DNA from: Pelagibacteraceae bacterium AG-422-D23
GTDB lineage: Bacteria; Pseudomonadota; Alphaproteobacteria; Pelagibacterales; Pelagibacteraceae
Length of the DNA stretch: 32,000 nt
Direction of reading: 5' to 3'
NCBI GenBank assembly: GCA_003213615.1
Contig: QCMQ01000001.1
Location: 305,807-337,806 of the forward strand
This document shows, one piece after another, positions 1-11,869 of the stretch; position 1 is the first letter of the stretch; the number at the start of each line of letters is the position of its first letter. The translations under genes were made by a program, and so were the position numbers. Below the pieces are notes generated by a model that saw only the letters and a program-made list of their open reading frames with translations, was not told where the DNA came from and did not search any database.

Positions 1-125
1 TTAGATTTAACGACGTTCAACCAATTAAAATTAATGAAAACATCTTGAGGTCTGAAACGGCTGTAATTTCTGCCTTATCGATCATAAATTATGCTATTAA
101 TTGATATTTTGTCGCTAAAAGTAAA

Positions 126-148
126 AGTGTCTTTTTTTAAAAGACACT
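126..148 (+). other. perfect 10-bp hairpin (AGTGTCTTTT-TTT-AAAAGACACT) in the spacer upstream of coxB; role unclear (5' UTR structure or terminator of the upstream gene)
   Basis: Inverted repeat read directly: 126-135 pairs with 139-148 around a 3-nt loop. It sits 17 nt before the coxB ATG. No U-tract follows on the + strand; on the - strand it is followed by TTTACTTTT. Confidence 0.3.
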
Positions 149-165
149 CTATATAGGGTAAAAAA

Positions 166-2623
<2,458 letters not shown>

Positions 2624-2656
2624 ATATAGCAAACAAGATTTTTTAACTTTGAATTA

Positions 2657-3568
2657 ATGATTAAGTCTAAATTAAAAAATAGAAACTTATCTCAAGAAGA
2701 CGCCTTTAATTTATCTGAATTATTTAAATTAATGAAACCAAGAGTAATGTCTTTGGTTATCTTTACATGTGCGGTTGGTTTATTAATGGCCCCGAACATT
2801 ATCCCAACAAAGGATGCAATAATTGGAATTATTTTAGTTTCTATAGGAGCAGGTGCTGCTGGAGCTTTAAATATGTGGTACGAGTCAGATTTAGATGCCC
2901 TTATGACCAGAACTTGTTTGAGACCAATTCCGACAGGCAAGGTAAACAAAAATCAAGCTCTAGTTTTTGGAATTTCTCTTTCAATATTTTCTGTAATTGC
3001 ACTTGATTTTTACTCAAATAGAATATCAGCTGCATTGTTGTTGTTTACTATTTTATTTTATGTTTTCGTTTATACGATTTGGCTAAAGAGAAAAACTCCT
3101 CAAAATATTGTTATTGGTGGAGCTGCAGGAGCGTTACCACCTGTTATTGGTTGGACTATAGCTACTAATTCTCTAACTTTTGAGCCAATTACGTTTTTTT
3201 TGATTATATTTTTTTGGACCCCATCTCACTTTTGGGCTTTAAGCTTGTACAAATCTGACGATTATAAAAGAGCAAAAATACCAATGCTTCCACTGACAAA
3301 TGGTGTTGAGAGTACAAAAGTAAACATATTTGTTTATTCTTTAACAATGTTACCAATAATTGTTTTACCTTATGCTATTGGTTTTGTGGGCATAACTTTT
3401 TTAATACCATCTTTAATTTTGACAATTTATTATAATTATTTATGTTTCGAACTTTACAAGTTTAAGAAAAACAAATTTGATGCAAAAAAAGCAAAAACAA
3501 TATTTGGATATTCAATTATATATTTATTCTTAATATTTGTTCTTTTTTTAATAGATAAAATTTTATGA
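2657..3568 (+). CDS. ctaB: protoheme IX farnesyltransferase (heme O synthase)
   Basis: 303-aa UbiA-family membrane protein (NMWYESDLDALMTRT, GGAAGALPPVIGW, FFWTPSHFWAL). Sits in the conserved position after coxA. Confidence 0.93.
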   Translation: MIKSKLKNRNLSQEDAFNLSELFKLMKPRVMSLVIFTCAVGLLMAPNIIPTKDAIIGIILVSIGAGAAGALNMWYESDLDALMTRTCLRPIPTGKVNKNQALVFGISLSIFSVIALDFYSNRISAALLLFTILFYVFVYTIWLKRKTPQNIVIGGAAGALPPVIGWTIATNSLTFEPITFFLIIFFWTPSHFWALSLYKSDDYKRAKIPMLPLTNGVESTKVNIFVYSLTMLPIIVLPYAIGFVGITFLIPSLILTIYYNYLCFELYKFKKNKFDAKKAKTIFGYSIIYLFLIFVLFLIDKIL

Positions 3569-3690
3569 TAACACCCGACAAAAAAACAAAGAAAAAAAAT
3601 ATATTAACTGCAATAGCAATCTTGGTGTTTATGGTATTTTTATTCGTTTTTACTTTATACAACGTTGGAGTATTTGATAGACAGATATGA
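3565..3690 (+). CDS. small single-pass membrane protein (41 aa) between ctaB and ctaG, CoxF/ORF1-like by position
   Basis: Not in the supplied ORF track (too short). Translation: MITPDKKTKKKNILTAIAILVFMVFLFVFTLYNVGVFDRQI, a basic N-terminus followed by one hydrophobic helix. Its ATG overlaps the ctaB stop (ATGA) and its TGA overlaps the ctaG ATG (ATGA), so it exactly fills the gap. A small ORF at this position is known in the Paracoccus (ctaB-ORF1-ctaG) and Bradyrhizobium (coxE-coxF-coxG) clusters. Confidence 0.5.
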   Translation: MITPDKKTKKKNILTAIAILVFMVFLFVFTLYNVGVFDRQI

Positions 3691-4220
3691 TTAAAGGCAA
3701 AACATTAACTCCTTTACTTTTGGCTGGGATTTTTGTCCTTATGTTGGGATTGTCTTTTGCAGCAGTACCTTTGTATGATCTGTTTTGTAGAGTTACAGGT
3801 TTTGGTGGAACAACTCAGGTGTCTAAAGAAGCCCCCAATATAGTATTAGATAAGGTTGTTAGCGTTAGGTTTGATACAAATGTAAACAATCTTGATTGGA
3901 ATTTTAAAGCAAAATCAAACGTGATTGATGTGAAAGTTGGTCAGGTCAACAGAATAGAATTTGAAGTTGAGAATATTGGAGACGAAACGACTTATGGTGT
4001 AGCAAGTTTTAACGTTTCACCGGCAAGTTTTGGTAAATATTATAGTAAATTAGGATGTTTTTGCTTCGAAAAACAAGAGTTGAAGGCTGGTGAGAAGACT
4101 ACTTACGTAATGACTTTTTATTTAGACCCTGAACTTGTAAACGATCCGACAACAAAAAATCTACAAGATGTAACTATGTCGTACACTTTTTTCTCGACAG
4201 ATTACTATAAACAATCATAA
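3687..4220 (+). CDS. ctaG: cytochrome c oxidase assembly protein CtaG/Cox11 (CuB insertion)
   Basis: 177 aa with an N-terminal TM anchor. Cox11 signature PLYDLFCRVTGFGGT and copper-binding CFCF motif (LGCFCFEKQ). Confidence 0.92.
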   Translation: MIKGKTLTPLLLAGIFVLMLGLSFAAVPLYDLFCRVTGFGGTTQVSKEAPNIVLDKVVSVRFDTNVNNLDWNFKAKSNVIDVKVGQVNRIEFEVENIGDETTYGVASFNVSPASFGKYYSKLGCFCFEKQELKAGEKTTYVMTFYLDPELVNDPTTKNLQDVTMSYTFFSTDYYKQS

Positions 4221-4229
4221 TCACGAAAA

Positions 4230-5018
4230 ATGTCAGCAGAAAAAAAACACGATTACCACTTAGTTGACCCAAGTCCTTGGCCAATTTATACATCTTTTGC
4301 ATGCTTAGTATTAGCAATAGGTGCAATTTTTTATATGCATAATGGTATTTCATGGGGAATGTATCTTGGTTTAGCTTTATTAATTTATGGTGCATATATG
4401 TGGTTTAGAGATGTAGTAATCGAAGCTGAACATCAAGGTCATCATACTCCAGTTGTTCAAATTCATCATAGATATGGAATGACTTTATTTATTGCTTCAG
4501 AGGTAATGTTCTTTGTTGCATGGTTTTGGGCTTACTTTGACATAAGTTTATTTCCAAATGAATTTGTTGGAAATGTATGGCCACCAAAAGATATTGAAAC
4601 ATTTGATCCTTGGGACATTCCTTTAATAAATACTTTAGTTTTATTATTATCAGGAACAACTGTTACTTGGGCTCATCATGCTTTATTAGAAGATGATAGA
4701 AAAGGCTTTATACAAGGTTTAACACTGACTGTTATTCTTGGTTTCTTTTTTACATTATTGCAAGCATACGAATACCATCACGCTACTTTTACTTACTCAG
4801 GCCATATTTATGGAGCTGTATTTTATATGGCAACAGGTTTTCATGGTTTTCACGTCATAATTGGAACGATATTTTTAGCAGTATGTTTGTGGAGAGGAAG
4901 ACTTGGTCATTTTACTAAAGATCACCATTTTGGATTTGAAGCGGCTGCTTGGTACTGGCATTTTGTTGACGTAGTGTGGCTATTCTTATTTGCTGCAATT
5001 TATATTTGGGGAAGTTAA
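4230..5018 (+). CDS. coxC: cytochrome c oxidase subunit III
   Basis: 262-aa 7-TM protein with typical subunit III segments: HDYHLVDPSPWP, FYMATGFHGFHVIIGT, AAAWYWHFVDVVWLFLF. Confidence 0.95.
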   Translation: MSAEKKHDYHLVDPSPWPIYTSFACLVLAIGAIFYMHNGISWGMYLGLALLIYGAYMWFRDVVIEAEHQGHHTPVVQIHHRYGMTLFIASEVMFFVAWFWAYFDISLFPNEFVGNVWPPKDIETFDPWDIPLINTLVLLLSGTTVTWAHHALLEDDRKGFIQGLTLTVILGFFFTLLQAYEYHHATFTYSGHIYGAVFYMATGFHGFHVIIGTIFLAVCLWRGRLGHFTKDHHFGFEAAAWYWHFVDVVWLFLFAAIYIWGS

Positions 5019-5027
5019 TATTTATCC

Positions 5028-5681
5028 TTGAAGAATAAATTACTATTTTCAGTTTTTGTTTATTTTATTATTTTGACTCTGCTCTCTCTTGGGTTTTGGC
5101 AGATTTATAGATTAAATTGGAAATTAGATTTAATTGAGCAAATAGAAAATTCTTTAAAAAATGATCCTGTGGAATTATCTAACATTGAAAAAAAAAATTA
5201 TCTAAGAATAAAGACAAGCGGAGAAATTGATTTTGATAAACAGATGTATTTATACAATTTAAATGATACAGGCAAACCTGGATTTGAAGTAATTAATCCA
5301 ATAAAAATTGGCGACGTCAATTACTTATTGAATAGGGGATGGATACCCTTTGAAAAAAAAGATTTACCTGAAATAAATTTAGTTGATCAAAATCAAATAG
5401 TTGGCACTCTTATGCTGCAAACTAAAGCAAGTACGTTTAAGCCAGAAAACGATATTGAGAAAAATTATTGGTTTACTTTAAATAGAGAAGATATTTTTAA
5501 ATTCACTGGAAGAAATTTTTCAGAGTATGTAATTTATTTAAACGGTGAATTTAAAATTCCAAAACCAAGAGTGATTACTGCTAAAATTTCAAATAATCAC
5601 AAGAAGTATGCAATTACCTGGTTTTCTATGGCGATTTCAATCCTTTTAATATATTTATATTTTAGGAAAAAAAATTATTAA
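5028..5681 (+). CDS. SURF1-family cytochrome oxidase biogenesis protein
   Basis: 217 aa with a TTG start and no in-frame ATG nearby. TM helices at the N- and C-termini flank a periplasmic domain, with GFWQIYRLNWK and NRGWIP motifs. Conserved position after coxC. Confidence 0.85.
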   Translation: MKNKLLFSVFVYFIILTLLSLGFWQIYRLNWKLDLIEQIENSLKNDPVELSNIEKKNYLRIKTSGEIDFDKQMYLYNLNDTGKPGFEVINPIKIGDVNYLLNRGWIPFEKKDLPEINLVDQNQIVGTLMLQTKASTFKPENDIEKNYWFTLNREDIFKFTGRNFSEYVIYLNGEFKIPKPRVITAKISNNHKKYAITWFSMAISILLIYLYFRKKNY

Positions 5682-7064
5682 ATGAAATACATAAGTACAA
5701 GATACACATCAAAAACCTTTGAATTTAAAGACGTTTTTATCAAAGGTCTTGCTGATGATGGAGGCTTATTTATTCCAGAAAAATTAACGAAATATAACGA
5801 AAATGAAGTTAAAGATTTTAAAAAACTAAGCTACCGAGAGCTAGCTAAAAAGATAGTTTATCCATTTATTGGTAATTTTATGTCTGAGGGTGAATTAAGT
5901 AACATTATTGATAAATCTTACTCTACATTTAGAAAAGATAACGTTGTAGATTTAATGAAACTTGGAGACAAAACGGTATTAGAGCTATTTCATGGTCCTA
6001 CATTAGCTTTTAAAGATGTTGCCATGCAACTTTTAGGTAATTTTTATGAATATTATCTAAACAATGAAAATCAAAAAATTAATATTGTTGTTGCCACATC
6101 AGGAGACACTGGTGCAGCAGCAATTGATGCAATTAAAGGTAAAAAAAATGTTAATATTTTTGTGCTTCATCCAGATAATCGTGTTTCACCAGTGCAAAGA
6201 AAATTAATGACAACAGGTAAACATGAAAATGTATTTAATATTGCTATAAAAGGAAACTTCGATGATTGCCAAAACCTGGTTAAATCCATGTTTGCAGATA
6301 AGAAATTTTCTAATGACATTAAAATGTCAGGCGTAAACTCTATTAATTGGGCGAGGATTATTGCTCAAAGTGTTTATTATTTTTATAGCTATTTATTAGT
6401 TGAAAATACAGGTCAACTAACAAATTTTTCAGTACCAACAGGAAATTTTGGAGATGTTTATGCCGGATATTTAGCCAAAAAAATGGGCTTGCCTATAAAT
6501 AAATTAATTGTTGCAACTAATCAAAACGACATTTTACATAGAGCAATATCAAAAGGTAGTTATGATGCGGAAAAGGTTTCAGAAACTATTTCTCCTAGTA
6601 TGGATATTCAAATAGCTAGTAATTTCGAGAGACTTATATTCGATCTTAATAATGAGGATGATAAACAGACTACATTAGATATGAAAAATATTAAAGAGAA
6701 TGGAAAATATTTAATTGGTGATGATAAATTAAATAAAATTAGAGAAAATTTTTTATCAGCTAGTCTGAGTGAGAATGAGACTTTGGAGGTTATTAAAAAG
6801 GTGTATGAAAAATTTTCAGTAGTTTTAGATCCACACACAGCAATTGGATATGGTGCTTTCGACAAACACAACCTAATAGGAAACAATATTGTACTAGCAA
6901 CTGCACATCCATGTAAATTTCCTGATGCTGTTTCCAAAGCTATTAATTTAAAATCTGATTTACCAAAAGAACTTGAGTTTATTTTGAATGAAAAAGAAGA
7001 TTATGATATATTAGAAAATAATTTAGAAAAAATTAAAAACTATATTATAGGTAAAACAAAATGA
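5682..7064 (+). CDS. thrC: threonine synthase
   Basis: 460 aa. PLP-lysine motif FHGPTLAFKD, SGDTGAAA and the ThrC-type N-terminus MKYISTR. The ATG directly follows the SURF1 stop. Confidence 0.93.
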   Translation: MKYISTRYTSKTFEFKDVFIKGLADDGGLFIPEKLTKYNENEVKDFKKLSYRELAKKIVYPFIGNFMSEGELSNIIDKSYSTFRKDNVVDLMKLGDKTVLELFHGPTLAFKDVAMQLLGNFYEYYLNNENQKINIVVATSGDTGAAAIDAIKGKKNVNIFVLHPDNRVSPVQRKLMTTGKHENVFNIAIKGNFDDCQNLVKSMFADKKFSNDIKMSGVNSINWARIIAQSVYYFYSYLLVENTGQLTNFSVPTGNFGDVYAGYLAKKMGLPINKLIVATNQNDILHRAISKGSYDAEKVSETISPSMDIQIASNFERLIFDLNNEDDKQTTLDMKNIKENGKYLIGDDKLNKIRENFLSASLSENETLEVIKKVYEKFSVVLDPHTAIGYGAFDKHNLIGNNIVLATAHPCKFPDAVSKAINLKSDLPKELEFILNEKEDYDILENNLEKIKNYIIGKTK

Positions 7065-7549
7065 AGATTAAAGAAGGCGAACAACTTCCAAATTCAGAAT
7101 TTTATTATTTAGACTCAAGTGGAGCAGCAAAAAAAATAACTACAGCAGAAGTTTTTAAAAATCATAAAACAATTGTGATTGGTGTTCCTGGAGCATTTAC
7201 AAAAGTTTGTTCTGCAAAACATCTGCCGGGGTATGTTAATAATTATGAGGAAGCAAAGAATAAAGGGATTACAAAAATTATTTGTGTCTCCGTTAATGAT
7301 CCAAATGTGATGAAAGCATGGGGTGATAGTCAAAAAGTTGAAGATAAAATATTTATGGCTGCAGACCCATATTGTGAATTTACTAAATCAATCGGAGCAG
7401 AAATAGATAGACACGACAGAGGCCAGGGAATGAGATCAGCAAGATATACAATGTTAATTGACAACAATGTTGTAAAGAAAATACAAGCAGAAGAAGATAC
7501 TGCCACTTGTGAAATTTCAGCAGCTCAAAATTTTTTAAAACTAATCTAA
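7061..7549 (+). CDS. peroxiredoxin, Prx5 (type D) family
   Basis: 162 aa. Peroxidatic Cys motif VPGAFTKVCS is typical of Prx5-like peroxiredoxins. ATGA overlap with the thrC stop. Confidence 0.85.
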   Translation: MKIKEGEQLPNSEFYYLDSSGAAKKITTAEVFKNHKTIVIGVPGAFTKVCSAKHLPGYVNNYEEAKNKGITKIICVSVNDPNVMKAWGDSQKVEDKIFMAADPYCEFTKSIGAEIDRHDRGQGMRSARYTMLIDNNVVKKIQAEEDTATCEISAAQNFLKLI

Positions 7550-7966
7550 ATTTGCTGCTTTTTTAGCTAGCAAGTCCACCTCTTCATTTAAAGAGTTTCC
7601 ATCATGAGCTTTAACCCAATTCCATTGAATATTAAGAGATTTATTTAAATTATATAGATCAATCCATAAATCTTTATTTTTAACATCTTCTTTTTTTGAG
7701 GTTTTCCAATTATTAGCTAACCAAGTATTAATCCATTCAGTTATTCCATTTTTTACATATTGAGAGTCAGTAAATATTTTTATTTCAACACCAGGCTCCA
7801 TATCTTTCAACGCATTAATTGGGGCTAACAACTCCATTCTATTATTTGTTGTATTTTTTTCGTTACCACTAATTTTTTTTATTTCTTTTCCATCATTTAT
7901 AATTGCAGCCCATCCACCATTACCTGGATTTGTTAAACAAGAACCGTCTGTATAAATTATAATCAT
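7541..7966 (-). CDS. rnhA: ribonuclease HI
   Basis: 141 aa. Contains IYTDGSCLTNPGNGGWA, TNNRMEL and WNWVKAHDGNSLNEEVDLLAK, covering the DEDD catalytic residues. Confidence 0.93.
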   Translation of the reverse strand: MIIIYTDGSCLTNPGNGGWAAIINDGKEIKKISGNEKNTTNNRMELLAPINALKDMEPGVEIKIFTDSQYVKNGITEWINTWLANNWKTSKKEDVKNKDLWIDLYNLNKSLNIQWNWVKAHDGNSLNEEVDLLAKKAANLD

Positions 7967-8931
7967 TAATTTAAATAATCTTTAAATGAACTTAAATTAT
8001 TGTGAGAAAGTAATTTTTGATAATATTCATTAGGGTCTTTAATTTTAATCAATGCTGTTTTTGGTGTATTTGAGTAGTCATACAATCTCGTTAATAAATA
8101 TCTTAATGCTGCACCTCTACATAAAATATTTAAAGATTTCTTTTCCTTTATTGAAATTTTCTTAACGCTCTCATACCCTTTAATTAAATTTTTAATTTTT
8201 TTATGATTCATTTGAAATTTTCTCTTTTTTTGGTCAAAACAAAGAGCATTGATACATATAGCAATTTCATACATAAAATAATCATTAGCAGCAAAGTAGA
8301 AATCAATAATTCCTGAAAGTTTATTTTTTTTGAAGAATATATTATCTATAAATAAGTCACCATGGATAATACCTTTGGGTAATTGTTTAGGCCAATTTCT
8401 ATTAATATCTTTAAGGTTATTTTTTAAGAATACTTTTAAATTTGAAAAGTTTTTTGACTTAAATTTAATACTCTCCAACAAAGGTTTTAAATTTCTAATA
8501 CCCATTGAATTTTTTCTATTAAGCTTCATTTTATTTGTGACCACATGCATTCGAGCAATTGTTTTACCAATTGCATAACAATCATTTATATTTAATATTT
8601 TTTTATCTTTACCCTCTAAGAATGATACAATACATGCAGTTTTATTTTTTAATTTAATAAGGTATTTATTATTTGTAGTTTTCAGTGGTTTGGGACAGTT
8701 TATTTTTGAATTATTCAAATTATCCATTAACTTCATAAAAAAAGGTATTTCTTTTTGTAAAACTCTTTTTTCAAAAATAGTTAAAATGTATTTTTTATTT
8801 TTTGATTTAAGAAGATAGTTTGTGTTTTCTATTCCTTGCTTAATACCTTTAAAACTTGTTATTTTATCGATATTAAAATTTTTATTAATAATATTAATTT
8901 CTTTTTGATTTATTTTTGTATAGACAGCCAT
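7966..8931 (-). CDS. thrB: homoserine kinase, type II (protein-kinase/APH fold)
   Basis: 321 aa. Kinase-fold catalytic loop IIHGDLFIDNIFF and the N-terminal ThrB2-like MAVYTKI...GIENTNY. The ispH-thrB-rnhA order is conserved in alphaproteobacteria. Confidence 0.8.
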   Translation of the reverse strand: MAVYTKINQKEINIINKNFNIDKITSFKGIKQGIENTNYLLKSKNKKYILTIFEKRVLQKEIPFFMKLMDNLNNSKINCPKPLKTTNNKYLIKLKNKTACIVSFLEGKDKKILNINDCYAIGKTIARMHVVTNKMKLNRKNSMGIRNLKPLLESIKFKSKNFSNLKVFLKNNLKDINRNWPKQLPKGIIHGDLFIDNIFFKKNKLSGIIDFYFAANDYFMYEIAICINALCFDQKKRKFQMNHKKIKNLIKGYESVKKISIKEKKSLNILCRGAALRYLLTRLYDYSNTPKTALIKIKDPNEYYQKLLSHNNLSSFKDYLN

Positions 8932-8933
8932 TT

Positions 8934-9878
8934 TTAATTTAATTTTTTGGGAACTTTAAATACTACATCTTCTTTAATTATTTCAACTTCATCGATACTT
9001 ATAGAAAATTTATTTTTTAAATCATTAAGAAAATTTTCAACTAATATTTCTGGTGCAGATGCTCCTGAAGATATACCTATAGTATTGCAATTTTCTATTT
9101 GATCATACGGTATTGAGCTTTCTGAGTGAATAAGTTGTGAATTTTCACATCCTGATTTCTTTGCCACCTCAACAAGCCTAACAGAATTTGAAGAGTTTCT
9201 ACTTCCAATAACAAAAAACATATCGCAATTTTTTGCAATATTTTTTACTGCCATTTGACGGTTGGTTGTCGCGTAACAAATATCTTCTCTCATTGGCTCT
9301 TTTATATTAGGAAAATTGGTTTTTAAAATTTTGATTATTTCTTTTGTGTCATCAACTGACAAAGTAGTCTGAGTAATATATGCTAATTTTTTGTCTTCTT
9401 TATTTTGATAGTTTATAGCCTCTTCCTCATTTTGGATTAGATCTATAGAACCTTCTTTTAATTGACCCATAGTCCCAATTACTTCAGGATGATTTTCATG
9501 ACCAATTAAAATTATATGGTAACCGGCTTTACTAAGATTTTCTGCTTCTCTATGAACTTTAGAAACAAGTGGACATGTAGCATCCACATAAGTCATTTTA
9601 TAATTTTTTGCATCTTCAGGTATTTTTTTTGGAACACCATGTGCTGAAAAAATTACTGGTCTTGATTTATCCTTTATCTCCTCGAGCTCTTCAACAAATA
9701 TTGCTCCTTTATTTTTTAAATCATCTACAACATACTTGTTATGGACTATTTCATGACGCACATAAACTGGAGCTCCAAATTTTTGTATAGATTTTTCAAC
9801 TATTTCAATTGCTCTTTCTACCCCAGCACAGAACCCACGAGGTGCAGATAATAATATTTTTAATTCTTTATTTTTCAT
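8934..9878 (-). CDS. ispH: 4-hydroxy-3-methylbut-2-enyl diphosphate reductase (MEP pathway, last step)
   Basis: 314 aa. Three cluster cysteines in their usual contexts (PRGFCAGVERA, DATCPLVSKVH, DICYATTNRQ), plus SAHGV and SSNS motifs. Confidence 0.95.
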   Translation of the reverse strand: MKNKELKILLSAPRGFCAGVERAIEIVEKSIQKFGAPVYVRHEIVHNKYVVDDLKNKGAIFVEELEEIKDKSRPVIFSAHGVPKKIPEDAKNYKMTYVDATCPLVSKVHREAENLSKAGYHIILIGHENHPEVIGTMGQLKEGSIDLIQNEEEAINYQNKEDKKLAYITQTTLSVDDTKEIIKILKTNFPNIKEPMREDICYATTNRQMAVKNIAKNCDMFFVIGSRNSSNSVRLVEVAKKSGCENSQLIHSESSIPYDQIENCNTIGISSGASAPEILVENFLNDLKNKFSISIDEVEIIKEDVVFKVPKKLN

Positions 9879-10803
9879 TTTTTTCTAAAAAATATTCAAG
9901 CAATATATGTGGAAAGGTTAAAGACGCCAAACCTATAAATATTATTTTTAAAATTGCACTATCTAAATTAAATGAATTATTCAGTAGATAAAGTGCAATA
10001 AAAGAAAAAATAGCAGTTAAAATTGTTAAAGGTAAAGCTTTATTAACAAATAATTTAAATCCATTAACTATACTAATTGGATCAAGTTCAATAGCGAGGG
10101 AAATTGAGTGTCTGATCGAGTGTAAAAAACAGAAATAAGCAGTAAAAGCAATTAGTGGAGATAAATAGTAATTTAATATTAAAATTGAAAAATAATCTAA
10201 AAAAACTATAAATTTTTTTATTTCAAAATTCTTTAAGAAAAGAAAAATACTAGACAGGGTGCTACAGAATATTCCTATTTGAATTACATTATTTGTCTCA
10301 ATAAAATTTAAACTTGAATAAAATGCCTCATTATCGATTAATAATAATTTGAAAATTGCTATTGTTTCCTGAAAATGAAAATATAAAGGAGCAAGTATAA
10401 TTAAAAATCCTTTAAAAAAATAAAGTAGTTGAGTGAAATAAGATCTATCATTAATCAAAAATTGTGTATCTTCTTTGCCAAAGTGGTAGGAGGCGATTAT
10501 TAAAAAAACTATTAAAGTTATTGATGGTAACAATATCCAAGTTACTATAACTAGTGCCGAAATTAAAATATATATAATATAGAATATATAATTTGATTTT
10601 ATATTAAATAATTTAAGCAGTTTTTTTCCTTTAATATGATCTAATGCACCATGGGAAACTCCTATAATTAAAATTAAAAGTAAACACAAAATTGATGAAA
10701 TATTAAAATTGTTAAACTTGAAAAGTAAAATACAAAAAATGTTTACAACAAAGAAAAAAACAAATGAATGATTTAGATTTATTTTTTTTATTTTATTGTT
10801 CAT
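9868..10803 (-). CDS. blh: Brp/Blh-family beta-carotene 15,15'-dioxygenase (retinal synthesis)
   Basis: 311-aa polytopic membrane protein. Conserved histidines of the Brp/Blh family lie in TM segments (GVSHGALDH, ASYHFGKED, FLHSIRHS). It directly follows crtY and overlaps ispH by 11 nt. Confidence 0.8.
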   Translation of the reverse strand: MNNKIKKINLNHSFVFFFVVNIFCILLFKFNNFNISSILCLLLILIIGVSHGALDHIKGKKLLKLFNIKSNYIFYIIYILISALVIVTWILLPSITLIVFLIIASYHFGKEDTQFLINDRSYFTQLLYFFKGFLIILAPLYFHFQETIAIFKLLLIDNEAFYSSLNFIETNNVIQIGIFCSTLSSIFLFLKNFEIKKFIVFLDYFSILILNYYLSPLIAFTAYFCFLHSIRHSISLAIELDPISIVNGFKLFVNKALPLTILTAIFSFIALYLLNNSFNLDSAILKIIFIGLASLTFPHILLEYFLEKNEK

Positions 10804-10804
10804 T

Positions 10805-11869
10805 TTAAATTAATTCTTTTAAAAATTTCCACTTTGGCATTTTTAGAATTACCTCTATATCTTCAAAAAGACTGCTTTTATTCGATAAAAAATTGATAGC
10901 TGTTTTAGGTTTTGAATTAAAAACTTTGAAAAATATATTTCCCATTTCATTGGAATTATTTTTAAGAACTCTCAATAAGATTTTATCTAAAAAATCGTAT
11001 TTTGAATTAATTTTAAATAAATTTACATTTTTAATATTTTCTATGTTTTCTCTTATATATCTGCTTTGTTCTTGAATATTTAGGAAAGTATAACCCGTAC
11101 TTAATCTAGTCATGCCTCCTGCTGAGCCTATGTAAATTTCATTTAATTTACTTACATTTTTTTGTCTAAAAAGTGGGATTGCACCAGTTTCTTTGAAATT
11201 GATTTCACAGTTTCTGATATTTAGATGTTTACTTAAATAATTATCAATTTGTTCATCATAATCTTTAAGTTTTTCATCATTTAGCTCAGATATCCAAGTA
11301 GTTTCAACTAATGCATTTCTTTTAGTAAATGGTAGCGTATAAAAAAAATGAACTTTGTTTCTTTGATCACAAGCAAAGTCCATCAAATTGAATATTTCGT
11401 CATCAAAAAAGTCTTTTTCTGTTTCTATTTCAACTCCACAAAAGTGTTGCCATAACTCACTCTGTTTATTCTCAAAATTAGGTACACTATTAAATACAAT
11501 TGAATTTGATTTATCTATTTCATCAATAGTTTTAAAAAACTGAATATTTTTATTTAATTTAAGTTTTGAAAGTATTTTTTCGTAGAACATACCACTATCA
11601 ATTGTTTGATATGGAGTAGTTTTGCAATCTACATATTTCGTATTATTGGGTTTATTTATTGTAAAATTATCCCAACTTTTTTTTACACAGTCATCAAAGT
11701 TGTGTGAAAAAACCTTCCAAAATGACCAGGTTTTATCTCTTTTATAATCTTCTCTTGGCTCAATGATTGCTAAGGTTTTATCTTTTAATTTTTCATAAAT
11801 TTCCAGTTCATATGCTAAAGAAAGACCTGCGCAACCCCCACCTATAATTATGTAATCAAATTCTTTCAT
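10805..11869 (-). CDS. crtY: lycopene beta-cyclase
   Basis: 354 aa. N-terminal FAD-binding fold DYIIIGGGCAGLSLAYEL. Length and position (after crtB, before blh) match CrtY. Confidence 0.85.
   Translation of the reverse strand: MKEFDYIIIGGGCAGLSLAYELEIYEKLKDKTLAIIEPREDYKRDKTWSFWKVFSHNFDDCVKKSWDNFTINKPNNTKYVDCKTTPYQTIDSGMFYEKILSKLKLNKNIQFFKTIDEIDKSNSIVFNSVPNFENKQSELWQHFCGVEIETEKDFFDDEIFNLMDFACDQRNKVHFFYTLPFTKRNALVETTWISELNDEKLKDYDEQIDNYLSKHLNIRNCEINFKETGAIPLFRQKNVSKLNEIYIGSAGGMTRLSTGYTFLNIQEQSRYIRENIENIKNVNLFKINSKYDFLDKILLRVLKNNSNEMGNIFFKVFNSKPKTAINFLSNKSSLFEDIEVILKMPKWKFLKELI

Noticed and set aside
1-48. Possible 3' end of an upstream + strand gene (frame 1 reads LDLTTFNQLKLMKTS then stop at 46-48).
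   Set aside because: Only 15 codons are visible and there is no recognisable motif. It cannot be told apart from non-coding sequence.
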